Notes under the pieces: model-generated
The model's input: only the letters and a program-made list of their open reading frames with translations
Databases searched by the model: none
What the model was told of the DNA's origin: nothing
Made by a program: the position numbers and the translations under genes
NCBI GenBank assembly: GCA_951406725.2
Contig: OX597826.1
Coordinates: forward strand, 47,306,001 to 47,370,000
DNA from: Octopus vulgaris
Lineage: Eukaryota
Direction: 5' to 3'
DNA: 64,000 nucleotides
In this document: positions 42,963 to 57,189 of the stretch, in pieces
Layout: each line of letters begins with the position of its first letter
How positions within the stretch are numbered: the stretch's first letter is position 1

Positions 42963-43400
42963 CAAAATTTGAGCTCACAACGTAGCGGCATACGAAATAC
43001 CTATTTCTTTACTACCCACAAGGGGCTAAACACAGAGAGAACAAACAAGAACAGACAGATGGATTAAGTCGATTATATCGACCCCAGTGCGTAACTGGTA
43101 CTTATTTAGTCGACCCCGAAAGGATGAAAGGCAAAGTCGACCTCGGCGGAATTTGAACTCAGAACGTAACGCCTGACGAAATACCTAATTCTTTACTACC
43201 AAACAAGGGGCTAAAGACAGAGAGGACAAACAAGAACAGACAAATGGATTAAGTCGATTACATCGACCCCATTGCGTAACTGGTATTTAATTTATCGACC
43301 CCGAAAGGATGAAAGGCAAAGTCGACCTCGGCGGAATTTGAACTAAGAACGTAAAGACAGACGAAATACCGCTAAGCATCTCGCCTGGTGCGCTAACTTT
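42963..43400 (-). mobile_element. SINE-A multimer (head, two units, partial third)
   Basis: Same junction (plus strand gaaatacc|tatttcttt) at ~43001 and ~43185. Confidence 0.9.
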
Positions 43401-44136
43401 TCTGTAGAATATTCTACCACTTATATGTTAATCTAGGGTGCAACTGATGCGGTTAATTGAACAACCAAATCCTCCTCGTCAAAAGACGGAGATCTATCGC
43501 CACGAACACAACCACCGACGATGCTATAACACCACCACCACCACCACCACCTCTGCCACTGCTTTCACCATTAGAGTTTCGATAAATGCTGATGAGGGTG
43601 GGTAGGGTGGAATATTGCCAGAAAATTGAAAATTTAACACAAATTCAAATTCCATGAAGTAGAAAGTTTAAGAGTACTTTACGAAACGTATAAACTACAA
43701 ATTGAAAATATTAAATATACACGCATACACACACACAAGCATATACACACATACGCACATACACACACACACACACTCATAAACAAACGCACACACCTAC
43801 ATTTACAAATACATTACAACAAAGCTTAAAGTAAGTATAATGCCGACGGGTCAACAGTTAATTAACACATAGCGGTTAATTGATCTTCACTTACAATAAT
43901 AATGTTCTCGTATATGTTGCATGTTATTCAAACACATACTCGCACGCGCACACGCACGTACATGAGGGTATAGGTGCGCGCGTGTGCGTTTATGTGTGTG
44001 TGCATAGATGTGTAAATGTTAACGATTTCATATATACGTTAGTATAGAAGTATCTTCGTAGTTATCGTCCACTTTTACGGATGTCAGCAAACATGTTCGC
44101 TTATAGTTCTTGTATGTGTTTATGTGTTTGGGTGCA

Positions 44137-44177
<41 letters not shown>

Positions 44178-44321
44178 GTGTGTATGTATGTGTATATTCA
44201 TGAGCTACACTACAATTCCTTAAATTACAAGACTATGCGCTATAGTTTGGGGTAACACTGAGTAACAGATCAGGAAATCATTAGATAGAATGAATAACTA
44301 TATATATATATATATATATAT

Positions 44322-44623
44322 GCTTATTCGTGCTTTCCTTATTGTTTTCACGTATTTCTGTATTTTTATTCGTGTACTTCGTTCGTTTTCCGTCCTTGTA
44401 TTGTATACATTCGAAGCTTTCTTCCAAGGGATCTAATGCGCTTGGCTTAGATTTCCCTTGGGGGCTGCCCAGGTCGGAGCAATCTCAAGATTAATCAGCC
44501 GAAATTGCGAAGATGATCCGGTTCTTGACTGATGACTGAGGGCTTCGAATGTCCCGTCCTGTTGTTCTTGTGTCGTCTTCTAGGTGTTTCACATTCTTGT
44601 CCCTATTTGTATATATTTTTTAC

Positions 44624-44628
<5 letters not shown>
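44322..44628 (-). mobile_element. unclassified (TA)n-embedded repeat, copy 2
   Basis: Homologous to 33146-33366; (TA)n on both flanks. Confidence 0.7.
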
Positions 44629-44676
<48 letters not shown>

Positions 44677-45597
44677 GCATGTATGCATACGGGTATGTAT
44701 CTATTTATAGATGTATGTACATGTGAGTGTCTGTTTGTTTGTATTACTATATATTACCTGTCTTTATAAATGTATATGTATGTATAAATATATATATAAA
44801 GATAGATACATACATGCATACATACATTCATACGTACATACATGCATACATACATACATACATACATACATACATACATACATACATACGCACGCGTACA
44901 GACATATGTGAATATATTAGATGGTATATGTAATTGGCGCACTAAACATACATTCAATAAATGGCTAAAAAGCTGCTCATAAAATCGCAGTGAAATTCAA
45001 TGTTAAATGTATGCTCAATATGTATGCATATATATGTGTAAGTGAGAGAGAGAGGGGGAGAGGAAGAGAGAGATGGACAGTGTAGTGAGAGGGGGATGAG
45101 AGAGAGTTCAAAGCTATATCTCATAGATGCTCTGGGTTGCAGTTTCAGTGATGTTCCTAGGATCTCAGGGATTTAAGTCTTACATGTTACGCTCATCCCC
45201 CGTTGACCCAGCCGGATGTGATCAAGTCCGAGCTTTGCCTCTCACCGGCAGTAATACGTGGGTTTGTCTTCTTTGTGTAAAGCCATCTAGTACCCTCCTA
45301 TACAGCCCCAGTGATGGTATGTATGGCCCTCAACACAGCTTTTACACTAGTAACTCCAAACCCAGTCAGAGATTTGCTGAGTGAGGGCACCAAGAACCGA
45401 AGCAGCCAACTTCATTTGAGGAGCACAGTTCTCACGTATTTTGTCTTCTAACAAAATGATATTGCTCAAAGATCTTGAATAGGGTTGATTAGGGGCCAAA
45501 TAGCAATAACAACACGATGCATCCGATACAAAGACCCCGTAATGAGATATAGACATTATATTTGATATGGTGGAAGATATAAGGTGATTTTAATTTT

Positions 45598-46229
<632 letters not shown>

Positions 46230-46409
46230 TTGTTGATGAAAAATATAAAGATGTAATATAATGTTTATTGTTGTCATTGCTATTGAAGTTTAAACTAAGC
46301 TCAGTCCAAATTGCGCAAACCCTCTGGCTTACAATGAATACATTCAAATCATGACCATAGTATATTTAATTCAGATATATTTTACCTACGACTATCATTT
46401 CGCGCATGT

Positions 46410-46660
46410 GAAATCGCGTGGACAAATGGTTATGAGGTTGCCCTCGCAATCGCAATCTCGTAGTTTCGGTTCCCGGACTAAATGGTGTGTTGTGTTCTTC
46501 ATTTTATATCACATTTCTCCAGTCGATTCAGCTGTAAATGAGTAATACTGCGACAAACCGTCCCGTTCAAGGGGCATGTTTTGTCTCGGTCACTTATATT
46601 CCAGGGAAACTGAGTAACTAGCTCTACGATTCCTAAGACTCAAATCACTACTTACTCACT
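46410..46660 (+). mobile_element. decayed CORE/V-like SINE
   Basis: Aligns by eye to 31630-31890. Confidence 0.6.
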
Positions 46661-46788
46661 TTACTCTCATGTATCATTCCTACGGGTGTTGGTTCTCATT
46701 GATCTCCATGCCATATTCTGAAGACCCATGATATTTTTTGAGAAAGATACAGCAATGTTTTTCCCCACCATTGCGTTCTACTAGTTTA

Positions 46789-47005
46789 CGAAAGGGTGCT
46801 AAAAAGTTCCTTGCTTTGGGTAAAAGACCATACAAGAGAATCAATTAATTATGATTTTATTCAACATATTCCTCTCTCAGATTCACTCATTTATTGCAGC
46901 GGTCCTTCAGTTCTTCTAAGCCCTGTAAAAGATCTCGGAAGGTTGAGCCTTTAACCAGGCTTTTCGCGATACCTTTAAAGCCAGGAACTTTTCAATAACC
47001 CCTCG
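46789..47005 (-). mobile_element. mariner deletion derivative (MITE), irritans-like TIRs
   Basis: TA-cgaaagggtgctaaaaagttcc ... ggaacttttcaataacccctcg-TA; minus strand keeps the transposase C-terminus GLEELKDRCNK*VNLREEYVE*. Confidence 0.88.
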
Positions 47006-47640
47006 TATAGTTTCCTGTTTTTCCGAGCTTATCCCTGAAACATAGGGCTTATTAACTCTTAGACAGGGGGACTAATTCACGTGATAACAGACCATGTTCT
47101 CATTCACTGTGGTCTGCATGACGTGTGATAGGGCCCAGCCCTCTTCCAAGTCATGTAAACCGTATCTACAGTACACGCCTCTACTATCCGACTCATAACT
47201 GGAGACCTAGAATACATAGAGTGAACCTGGAAATATTGGCAACTAAAAAAATATATCCACACTGCTTCTAAGACTTGAACTCTCAATCGGGAATGTCACC
47301 AATTTTGAAGTTTGATTTCTGCCCCGGAGATATCAGTGACTAAAAGATGCAAAGCATGCTGCAAAGAAAATTTGGCTGTTATTTCTAGCCCGTTCTAATA
47401 CGTCAAGCTACAGCGAAGACGTCCCCTCACTGACCAGAAATTGTGTTGGTAGCTGCAAGAGGCTGGAAAGACATTTTTTTTTTATTACTGCAATAGCGGG
47501 AGATGTCTTTCATAGGTTCACGGAAATATTAGCGTGAGGTGATGGTGATGGAGACGGAGGTGAGCAGTTGTGTGATGATATGAATAAGATGGCATCAAGG
47601 CAATATAGCCCCCTTTCTTTCCTCACCCTCTCTATCTGTC

Positions 47641-47685
<45 letters not shown>

Positions 47686-47694
47686 CTCTCTCTG

Positions 47695-47739
<45 letters not shown>

Positions 47740-47833
47740 CTCTCTCTCTCTCTGTCGCTCTTTCACAGGCTTTCTCACTCTGATAAACACCGCAATACAA
47801 AAGTTAATATTTGGTGTTAATATTTGGAATAAC

Positions 47834-47871
<38 letters not shown>

Positions 47872-47978
47872 TGTGTGTGTGTGTGTGTTTGCGTATATTC
47901 ATATATATATGTATATGTATACGTATATATGCGCAAATATATATAAATATATATAAATATATATATGTATACATATAT

Positions 47979-48068
<90 letters not shown>

Positions 48069-48169
48069 ACATATATATATATACACACATGCACACACAC
48101 ATATATAGGTTATATATGTATGTATGATTGTATGATGTATGTATATGAAATATATATCCCGTGGTCATA

Positions 48170-48790
48170 GAAATGAAAGAAAATGATCAGAAAGTGATAA
48201 AAAGACAAATATATAAAATATTCAGACATAAAAGGAAAAAAGCGAAAACGAAAGAAAGAAAGAAAAAAGAGGGAGGAAGGAAAGAAAGAAAAATATAGAG
48301 ATATGATATAATAAGAAGAGGAAGGAAGAAAGAAAGAAAAGAAAAAGGTTGGAGAAGAAGTAAAGCTGAAGAAAGCGAGAAACAAAAGCTAGTAAGATAA
48401 ATGGATGGAAAAAGAAAGAGTGAAAGATAAAACAGTGGAAAGAAGAAATCAATAAAGAAAGAATGAACAGAATAAATAAGAAGAAAGAAAATGAATCTAA
48501 GAATATAAAAAGAAAGAGAAAAAGAGTCTAAAAAAAGAGAAGAACATATAGGGATACAACGATGTAAGAAAGAGACGAAGAAAAAATGGAAGAGAGATAG
48601 ACGGAACTGATAGAGAATTATAGAAAGAAACGAAATAAGGAAGGAGTGAAAAAGAGAAGTGGAGACATAAGGGAATAAAGATCAGGGGAAATCATAAAAA
48701 GAAAGACGAAAAAAGAAAAAGAAAAAGAAAAAAAGGAAGGAAAAGAAAATCTGATTTCAAAATGAAAGTATAATAATAAGAAAGAAATCC
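48170..48790. repeat. ~620-bp purine-rich (GA/AAG) low-complexity tract
   Basis: Read directly. Confidence 0.9.
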
Positions 48791-48883
48791 CTAATGTTAA
48801 GTGAAGGAGGAACAACGGTAAAGCATCGCAGTGTGATATTTCCAGTGCCAAACTTCTGCATCTAAAGAATCGGTTTTACTTAC

Positions 48884-48976
48884 AGCCCCTGCCAATCGTT
48901 TATCTAAAAACACTTTAAGACAGTGAACAGCTCGCAGAAACGCTCGCTTTGTGTTGTAGTTTCTACTAAAGAACAT
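48884..48976 (-). CDS. candidate coding part of a first exon (31 aa, MFFSRNYNTKRAFLRAVHCLKVFLDKRLAGA), product unknown
   Basis: ATG at 48976, GTAAGT donor at 48883-48878 in phase 0, unique sequence, promoter-like motif ~470 bp upstream. No homology recognised. Confidence 0.2.
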
Positions 48977-49296
48977 GATAAAATTGGGTCCCGGATGTTT
49001 TTCTTCAGATGTATTGCTATCCCTCACGCCGGATGCGAACACCAAGAGTGTTTTTGATAAAAGCTGAAACTATAAACGATTTTTATTTTTCTCAATTTCA
49101 TTCCAAAGACAAAGTCAGAATACAAGAGATAAACAAAACACAAAGCTGAACAGTTGAGATCTCTCTCTTCGACATGTTTTTCCTGTAGGTATCTCAGAGA
49201 TCTTACATACAATCATAACCAGATCTACAATAAAGTAGTTAATTCATGGCTTGTGAATATATGTATAGTTGTGTGTGTTTATATGTATGTGTGTGC

Positions 49297-49386
<90 letters not shown>

Positions 49387-49441
49387 ATGTGGTGTGTGAA
49401 TGTACAACGCACGATTCATCTAGTTTTCAGTTTACGCCACT

Positions 49442-49456
49442 AAAATGGCGGAAGTG
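49442..49456. promoter_or_regulatory. overlapping YY1 (AAAATGGCG) and ETS (CGGAAGTG) motif
   Basis: Sequence AAAATGGCGGAAGTG in non-repetitive DNA. Confidence 0.4.
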
Positions 49457-49599
49457 ACTTGATTTAACAAACAGCACAAATTTACATTCATAGATCCATT
49501 CATACATACACACATACGTACACACATGCATATTCATATAAATAAATATATATACACACACATAAGCCATATAACACACCAATTTATGTTAGTAAATGG

Positions 49600-49641
<42 letters not shown>

Positions 49642-49989
49642 CATATGTATGTATATGAGTCACATACACACGCGTGCACAGACACATACACGCCTGCGCA
49701 CATGCACACACAGTGAACACATATATGAATCACACATTTGATTATCGTTCGAAATAGTCGGAAATGCATGCTTGGATAATGGATATAGTTTTATAGTTGA
49801 AAATTACAATTAAAACTAGATGTAGACTACTCAAGATTCTGTTATCTCCGTATTATTATAAAACTTAAATGTAAAATTTTCAATGAATATTTACAGCACA
49901 ACAACAAAGTTTGTCAAATCAAAAAAAGAAAAAAAGAAAAAAGCAACGAATATTCTTTTCTTTTCATAATTATCACCACCTCTCTAAAC

Positions 49990-50207
49990 ATGGCAAACTG
50001 GCAGAATCGTTAAGCACTCCGGGTAAAATGCTTGGCAGCATTTCGTCCTTCTTCACTTTCTGAGTTCAAATTCCCCATATGGTTGATTTTGCCTTTCTTC
50101 CTTTCAGGGGTCGATAAAATAAGTTGCAGTTGAATACTAGGGTCAGTGTAAACAACTTATTTCTCCCCGCCAAATTACTGGCTTTGTGCCAAAATTTGAA
50201 ATCAATT
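49990..50207 (+). mobile_element. SINE-A
   Basis: Head, core and tail (gtgccaaaatttgaaatc) present. Confidence 0.8.
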
Positions 50208-50384
50208 ATTTCCAACTCATAATGTTTGGCATGCTACTTTAAAATGACTCTTAGTTTTCAATACACAAATAAAGAAATAGCAGCCCAGTCACTTCCAGAA
50301 TGAAATTCTACCGTCTTAAACAATGGAAAGATACAAGAATTAATATTTTAATTATATTTTTTTAATATATTTTTATAAATATAT

Positions 50385-50771
50385 TTTTTTTGGAAGCACT
50401 CCGTCGGTTACGACGACGAGGGTTCCGGTTGATCCGAATCAACGGAACAGCCTGATCGTGAAATTTATGTGTATGTGGCTGAGCACTCCACAGACACGTG
50501 TACCCTTAACGTAGTTCTCGGGAACATTCAGCGTGACACAGAAAGTGACAAGGCCGGCCCTTTGAAATACAGGTACAACAGAAACAGGAAGTAAGAGTGA
50601 GAGAAAGTTGTGGTGAAAGAGCACAGCAGGGATCACGACCATCCCTGCCGGAGCCTCGTGGAGCTTTAGGTGTTTTCGCTCAATAAACACTCACAACGCC
50701 CGGTCTGGGAATCGAAACCGCGATCCTATGACTGCGAGTCCGCTGCCCTAACCACTGGGCCATTGCGCCTC
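50385..50771 (-). mobile_element. full-length SINE group B with poly(A) and 12-bp TSD
   Basis: tRNA-like A and B boxes; TTATAAATATAT at 50373-50384 and 50772-50783. Confidence 0.93.
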
Positions 50772-50994
50772 TTATAAATATATAATGGGATGGTGAAAGC
50801 TGGAACGTTATTGGTTATATTCCTGTCCACTATTTCGATTAAGCTGAGGTTCATATGACTTCATTTTTAATCAAGTTGAGGTTTGCTGAATATGTAGCTT
50901 CAAAATAATTGAAAATTACTATGGAATACGAATCAGAGGCTGTGATAGAGAATAAAAATTATAGGATTTTATGGGACCGACCATACTTTTGAAG

Positions 50995-51027
<33 letters not shown>

Positions 51028-51100
51028 TAATCATCATCATCATCATCATTATCATCATCATCGTCATCATCATAACGGTGATAATAATTTCCTTTGATTA

Positions 51101-51315
51101 AGGTGGCGAGCTGGCAGAAACGTTAGCACGCAGGGCGAAATGCTTAGCGGTATTTCGTCTGTCTTTATGTTCTGAGTTCAAATTCCGCCGAGGTCAACTT
51201 TGCCTTTCATCCTTTCGAAGTCGATAAATTATGTACCAGTTGCGTACCAGGGTCGATCTAGTCGACTGGCCCCTCCCCCAAAATTTCAGGCCTTGTGCCT
51301 AAAGAAGAAAAGAAT
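51101..51315 (+). mobile_element. full-length SINE-A (cccaaaatttcaggccttgtgcc tail type)
   Basis: Intact head, core and tail; imperfect TSD ataatt(t/c)cctttg. Confidence 0.9.
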
Positions 51316-51659
51316 AATTCCCTTTGTTTGCTGAAAGGGAGTCCGACGAAGAGGGCATTACAAGGACAGTTAGTAGTATGTGGTGGGAGATGTTTGCATA
51401 AAAGATGGTGTCTTGGATTAAAAAAAGGAAAGGGGAGGAAGGGAGGTGAGAAAAAAGTTTACATAATGCATAAAATATAGTCTACAGATGAGATCCAGAG
51501 ATTGTCAGTATGGAAGACACTTAGTAGCTCAAAAAATTCAAATTTAGACACCAATGTCTTTATAGATGATCGATTCTACAAGGTAAAGAATGGTTGTAAG
51601 TGGGATCAAGTTGAGCAGATATAGAAGCAATTATGCATAGCTGATGACTCAGTCCTCCT

Positions 51660-52659
51660 GATACTAGAGTGGCTCCAACAGGGGTCAGTTATGGGGTCCA
51701 ATATGTCCAATGTCACCCTGTATACCAAGCGCGCGAGCTATCAGCCAACTCTTGTTTCCAATCTGCAATCGCTTGCTTTCAGTAGATCGAATCACGCGAA
51801 CCGTTTTCACCATAGTCATCCAACTTTTGATAAATTCTCTGAGAGCAGCACTTTCTTCTTCACCCTCACTTTCTTTTACTAGTGGAACTTTAAAAAGTCG
51901 ATGATGGCTTGCAGAAGTGTAAAATTTTGCCCTCTATCATTTCAGCCTCGTCTACCGCACAACCACTTTCGGTATTACCCTCAAATAAGGCGGCGAGCTG
52001 GCAGAAACGTTAGCACGCCGGGCGAAATGCTTAACGGTATTTCGTCTGCGTTACGTTGTGAGTTCAAATTCCGCCGAGGTCGACTTTGCCTTTCATCATT
52101 TTGGGGTCAATTAATTAAGTACCAGTTACGCACTGGGGTAGATGTAATCGACTTAATACCTATGTCTGTCCTTGTTTGTCCTCTCTGTGTTTAACCCCTT
52201 GTGGGTAATAAAGAAATAGGTATTACCCTCAAACAAGACAAAATTCTCTCCTTGTTAAAGGAGGCATGGGTTGTGTGTTCTCACACTAGATTCATTCCGC
52301 ACGCAACAACAATTGTTCCAATAACTTCACAGGTGAGCAATGTTCAAATGATGTGCGAGTACGTGCTGTTGGATTTCATCGCTCTCTACACATCCCAAAC
52401 AGTTCCACCTGAATGTATATCTATGCATATTGGTTTTAACCCGAACCGTTATTACCTCTCGATAGCGCTGCCAGGTCAAGGATTCCTGACTATTATTCTA
52501 AGCAGTCCCCATTCCAAAATTCTTCCAGAACAAACCATACCAACAAGTTCTTCCACGTTGACAAGCAGATTTTGCCAGGACCACTAGCAGTTCTCTATAT
52601 ATTGCAAAAGTGAAACTTTCACTGACGGTCAAGTAAACTCCATGTGGTGATGTTTCAGC

Positions 52660-52660
<1 letters not shown>
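51660..52660 (+). pseudogene. highly decayed CR1/L2-like LINE ORF2 remnant
   Basis: QQGSVMG resembles RT PQGSVLGP; DFIALYTSQTVPPECISMHIG resembles 'LL.LY..Q.RP.MEY.SHIW'. Confidence 0.4.
51988..52218 (+). mobile_element. young SINE-A monomer with 15-bp TSD
   Basis: GGTATTACCCTCAAA at 51971-51985 and 52219-52233. Confidence 0.93.
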
Positions 52661-52711
<51 letters not shown>

Positions 52712-52744
52712 CAGCAGCAGCAACATCTTACCGTATTGCAGCAC

Positions 52745-54350
52745 TTGATATACTTACCCTCGAGTTAAGGCTCAAAACCTGCCGTGTCAAGAATGCCAGT
52801 CCTCGAAAAGATGTCGGCGAAATGCTACCGAAACACTGCGCTCATCTGTTTGGAATCGGAGTGCACATGACCACTGCGGTCCATCACAGAGCGACTCCTA
52901 GATTTGGTTTCATTGCTGTGCCTCCGCTACCCGGAGGTCCAACCAACGGTTTTTTGAGCCTTTGTGTTTCATGGCACACAACCTAGCTCGGACAATCCAG
53001 CCTTCATATTTTGCATCAAAGAAATAGTCGAGTACCACTCCTGCCGCTAGCACCTCATTTGCAATCCCACTTTTACGTGCCTCTTCTGAATTACTAACTA
53101 GTTTATTTTCTATTCCGTTTTCTAAAGCAATCTCTTTCCTAAAACTAACTGACACCTCTCTGATTTACCTGTTTAAAGAAACCTCACCACCTGTTTTTGA
53201 TGATGGCTCCCGTCAATTTCTATTTAAGTAGATTACTAATCTGGTCCCTGAAACCTTTCCGCGCTGGAAAGGACGCGTTCATCCTCCAGTAACCAGGTCC
53301 TAGTTTGATTGTTTTTCCTAAGTTGGCTATAAAGGTCCTGAATTTGTAATCTGAAAAATCCAACGACCTAAAAATGTGGACAACTTATACAACGCCTATC
53401 TACTAGCCTAATAAAAACCCTAAGTATGACCTGGATGACTCACTGCAATTTGACCAAATCCGTATAGGTGTATTTGGTTGATCGAGCCGAAATCTGTCAT
53501 ACAGCTGGAAATGCCTGAGGAGGTTAGCGAAGCTCTTGCACCTAGCTCTTCTATCCGCTCCTCCTACATAATCTTTGCTTGTGTCTAAGATCTCATTCTA
53601 GTCCCCCACAAACACTAATGAGTGAGATGTCCCTAGGAAAGTCTCTAGACGTCTAAAGAAAATGGCCGTCCAGATCCCGTTGGAGCATAGACTTCCACCA
53701 GTCTGAAAGCTCCCCCGTTGCCTTCTTTTTTCTGCTTATGTCCAAGACCACCATCATATCGACCGGGTCGAGGAAAATCATATTTGCCTTCAAGTCAAAG
53801 CCTTTCCAAAAAAGCACCGCGACGCCATTTGATCCAGGCCGACCAGAAGAGGTATAAACCACATAGTCGTCCAGGAGAAGAGAAATCAATTGCATTTCTG
53901 AAATCCTAGTTTCACTAATGGTTACTGCATCCAGACATAGGGACCTGAGGTCGTCGAGCAGGTAACCCTATTCAGCACTGACCTCAGGCCACGAGCATTT
54001 TTTACAACCTATTCATAGAATTGCAATTCAAGGAGGATAGAAAGGAACAAGGGAAGAGTCAATCACTTATCCTTGGTTTGCGTTGATCCTTTTACGGGGC
54101 ATTTAAACGGGCCTTCCAATATCCTTTTATCCAATAGGTTTTTGAAAACCACCACATCATATGGGAAACGTTTCCTTCGAAAACGATACATAGTGGAGGT
54201 CGTTCTAACCAGAACCTTTCCTTCTGGGGTTTTAGCAGTGGCGAGAGCATCAATATCCTCACCCTTTGTCAAAATTTTATCTTTGTGTTTGCAAATTGCA
54301 TCAATTTTCTGTTGTCCTTCCGTAGAACTGTGTAATTCAGAAGCTCGTCC
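52745..54350 (-). pseudogene. L1/Tx1-clade LINE remnant (ORF1 piece, APE endonuclease, linker)
   Basis: LLDDLRSLCLDAVTISETR; GVAVLF; FRLVEVYAP; VFVGD*N; YEGWIVRAR. Confidence 0.85.
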
Positions 54351-54391
54351 AAGAGATGTTGTTCAGCAACATCCGTCTCTTGTGGTTAATG

Positions 54392-54457
<66 letters not shown>

Positions 54458-54665
54458 CACACGTATTGAGAAGAGCATTGTCGCTGTGAGAGCTGTTACT
54501 GCCCATGTATTTTAATTTAACCTTAAAAGAAAAAAAAAATGAACGAACTATTGAGTTTGGTTTAATGGCCTACCAATGTATACTATGAGTTTCTTTGCCC
54601 TAGGAGTCGGGAAGACGCTCGGCAAGAAATGGAAGCAAATTTGAAAGAAGAAGAAAAAAAACAAC

Positions 54666-54731
<66 letters not shown>

Positions 54732-54815
54732 TTCATTTGCCACAACAGTGAAGTAGGAGAGAGACAATACAAAGACAAGTATAAAGTGTAAGGAAATGAT
54801 AAATAAAAATAACAA

Positions 54816-55041
54816 TCTACTATAGGCACAGCGTCGGAAATTTTGGGGAAGGTAGCTAATCGATTAGATCGATCCCAGTACGCAACTGGTACTTAATTCA
54901 TCGACCCCGAAAGGATGAAAGGTATAGTCTACGTCGGCAGAATTTCAACTCAGAACGTAGCGACGGGCGAAATACCGCTATGCATTTCACCCAACGTGAT
55001 AACGATTCTGCCAGTTCGCCGCCTTAATAATAATAATAATG

Positions 55042-55108
<67 letters not shown>

Positions 55109-55353
55109 CAATAATAATAATGATGATGATGATTTCAAATCTTAGCACAAGGCCGGCAACTTCGGGTGAGGGGTAAGACGATTACATCGACCCAAATTGT
55201 TCAACTAGTATTTATTTTTATCGATCTCGAAAGGATGAAAGGCAAAACCAACCTCAACGGAATTTGAACTCCGAGCTTCGAACGTAGCCGGAAGTAATGC
55301 CTGCCAAGACTTTTTTGTCCGACGCGCAAACGATTCTGCTATCTCACTCGCCT

Positions 55354-55354
<1 letters not shown>
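54816..55354 (-). mobile_element. two SINE-A copies separated by (AAT)n
   Basis: 54816-55025 and 55131-55354. Confidence 0.88.
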
Positions 55355-55616
<262 letters not shown>

Positions 55617-56701
55617 TAACAATAAGAATAATAGCCATGATAACTATATCGCCGAACAATAGCAATAATAATAGTGGCAAAGATTATGATGATTCTTCCG
55701 AACTTAGTGTACAATGGGGTAGCGCTATAAAAATCGGTCAATGCGAAAAGCTTCTCACCAAATTGGAAAAGCAATGAATAAAAACTCCATTGTAAACCCC
55801 CAATGTTGCAATAAAAGTAGACTGCAACAAAAGAAGACAAAAACATTCCACTGTTGTTATACGTACATTCCAGAATCCCAGCTCTCTTTCTCTTTCTTCT
55901 TTTCTTCTCTCTCTCTCTCTCATTCTCTCTGTCTTTCGATGATTTTTTGGTCTTGTTTTTGCTCCCTCTACTTTCAGCTAAAGCACTCGTTCTCCTTTCC
56001 CTTTCTCTGTCTTTGTCTGTCTGTCTGTTTCTCTCCCTTTTTCTTTGTGTGTGTGTGCGATTGCATGAATGCGTTTATTTATCATGTATGTGTGAATGTA
56101 TGCGGGTATCTGTGCGTGTCAGATATGTTGTGTCACTCAGACGTTACTTCATTCATTCCTTCACATAATCTTACTCGCTCTCTTCCCTTTCTAACATTCC
56201 CGTATACATATGTGCATATACATACATACACATACATACACCCATACACACATATTTATGTGCGTGAATCGCTACTAGGAGTTTCACGCTTCCGTTTCTC
56301 AGGCGACTGATTATTTTTGAATACACATCGATGTCTACAATTCTGAATCGCCTGACAACTAACCCGACTTTTCTGTGTGTATGACGCGGGATTTCATCGA
56401 TGCGTGTCACATGTTTGCATTACCTATTAGTGTTAATGATTTTATCGATGCTAAGCATATCAAATTATATTCCTTATATGTCTGCAAAGTATTTCATTGT
56501 TCGAGCTGACTTCAATATTACGATATATCATATTTCTGTATGCCTTTTGATTTTGATACTAATTCATATCCCATGTAATGTCATCCTATATTTTCTTCAT
56601 ACAATTTTATCTAAGATGAGAGAGCGAAAAATACAATTTTTTTAACCAAAACTTCATCCCCAAGTTTGCTAACCTTGTACCAAAATTTTAAGCTATTATT
56701 T

Positions 56702-56770
<69 letters not shown>

Positions 56771-56802
56771 TTGTTGCTGTTGTTGCTGTCATCATCATTA
56801 TT

Positions 56803-57016
56803 AAGGCCGTGAGATAGCAGAACCATTAGCACGCCAGGTAAAATGCTTCGGGACATTTCGTCCGTCTTCACGTTCTGAGTTCAAATTGCCCCGAGGACGA
56901 TTTTGCCTTTCATCCTTTCGGGGTCGATAAAATAAGTACCAGTTGAATACTGGGGTTGATGCAATCGACTCATCCCCTTCCCCAAAACTGCTGCCCTTGT
57001 GGCAAAATTTGAAACC
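56803..57016 (+). mobile_element. SINE-A
   Basis: Intact core and tail; (TTA)n flanks. Confidence 0.88.
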
Positions 57017-57189
57017 ATTATTATTATTATTGTTGTTATTATTATTACGTTTGCAGCGTAACACACCGGACGTGTTTTCGAACGCTCCAAGTAAGTTCAG
57101 TTCAAAATATTTATTTACACCAGGATTGGTGACCCTTGTCAATAATTATTGGTTTCCAAGTTGTGAATAGAAACACCAGGATCCTATTA

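Noticed and set aside
50700-50771. tRNA gene
   Set aside because: tRNA-derived SINE head that continues into a SINE body, poly(A) and TSD; the same applies at 3800, 12920, 13294, 31630 and 63197.
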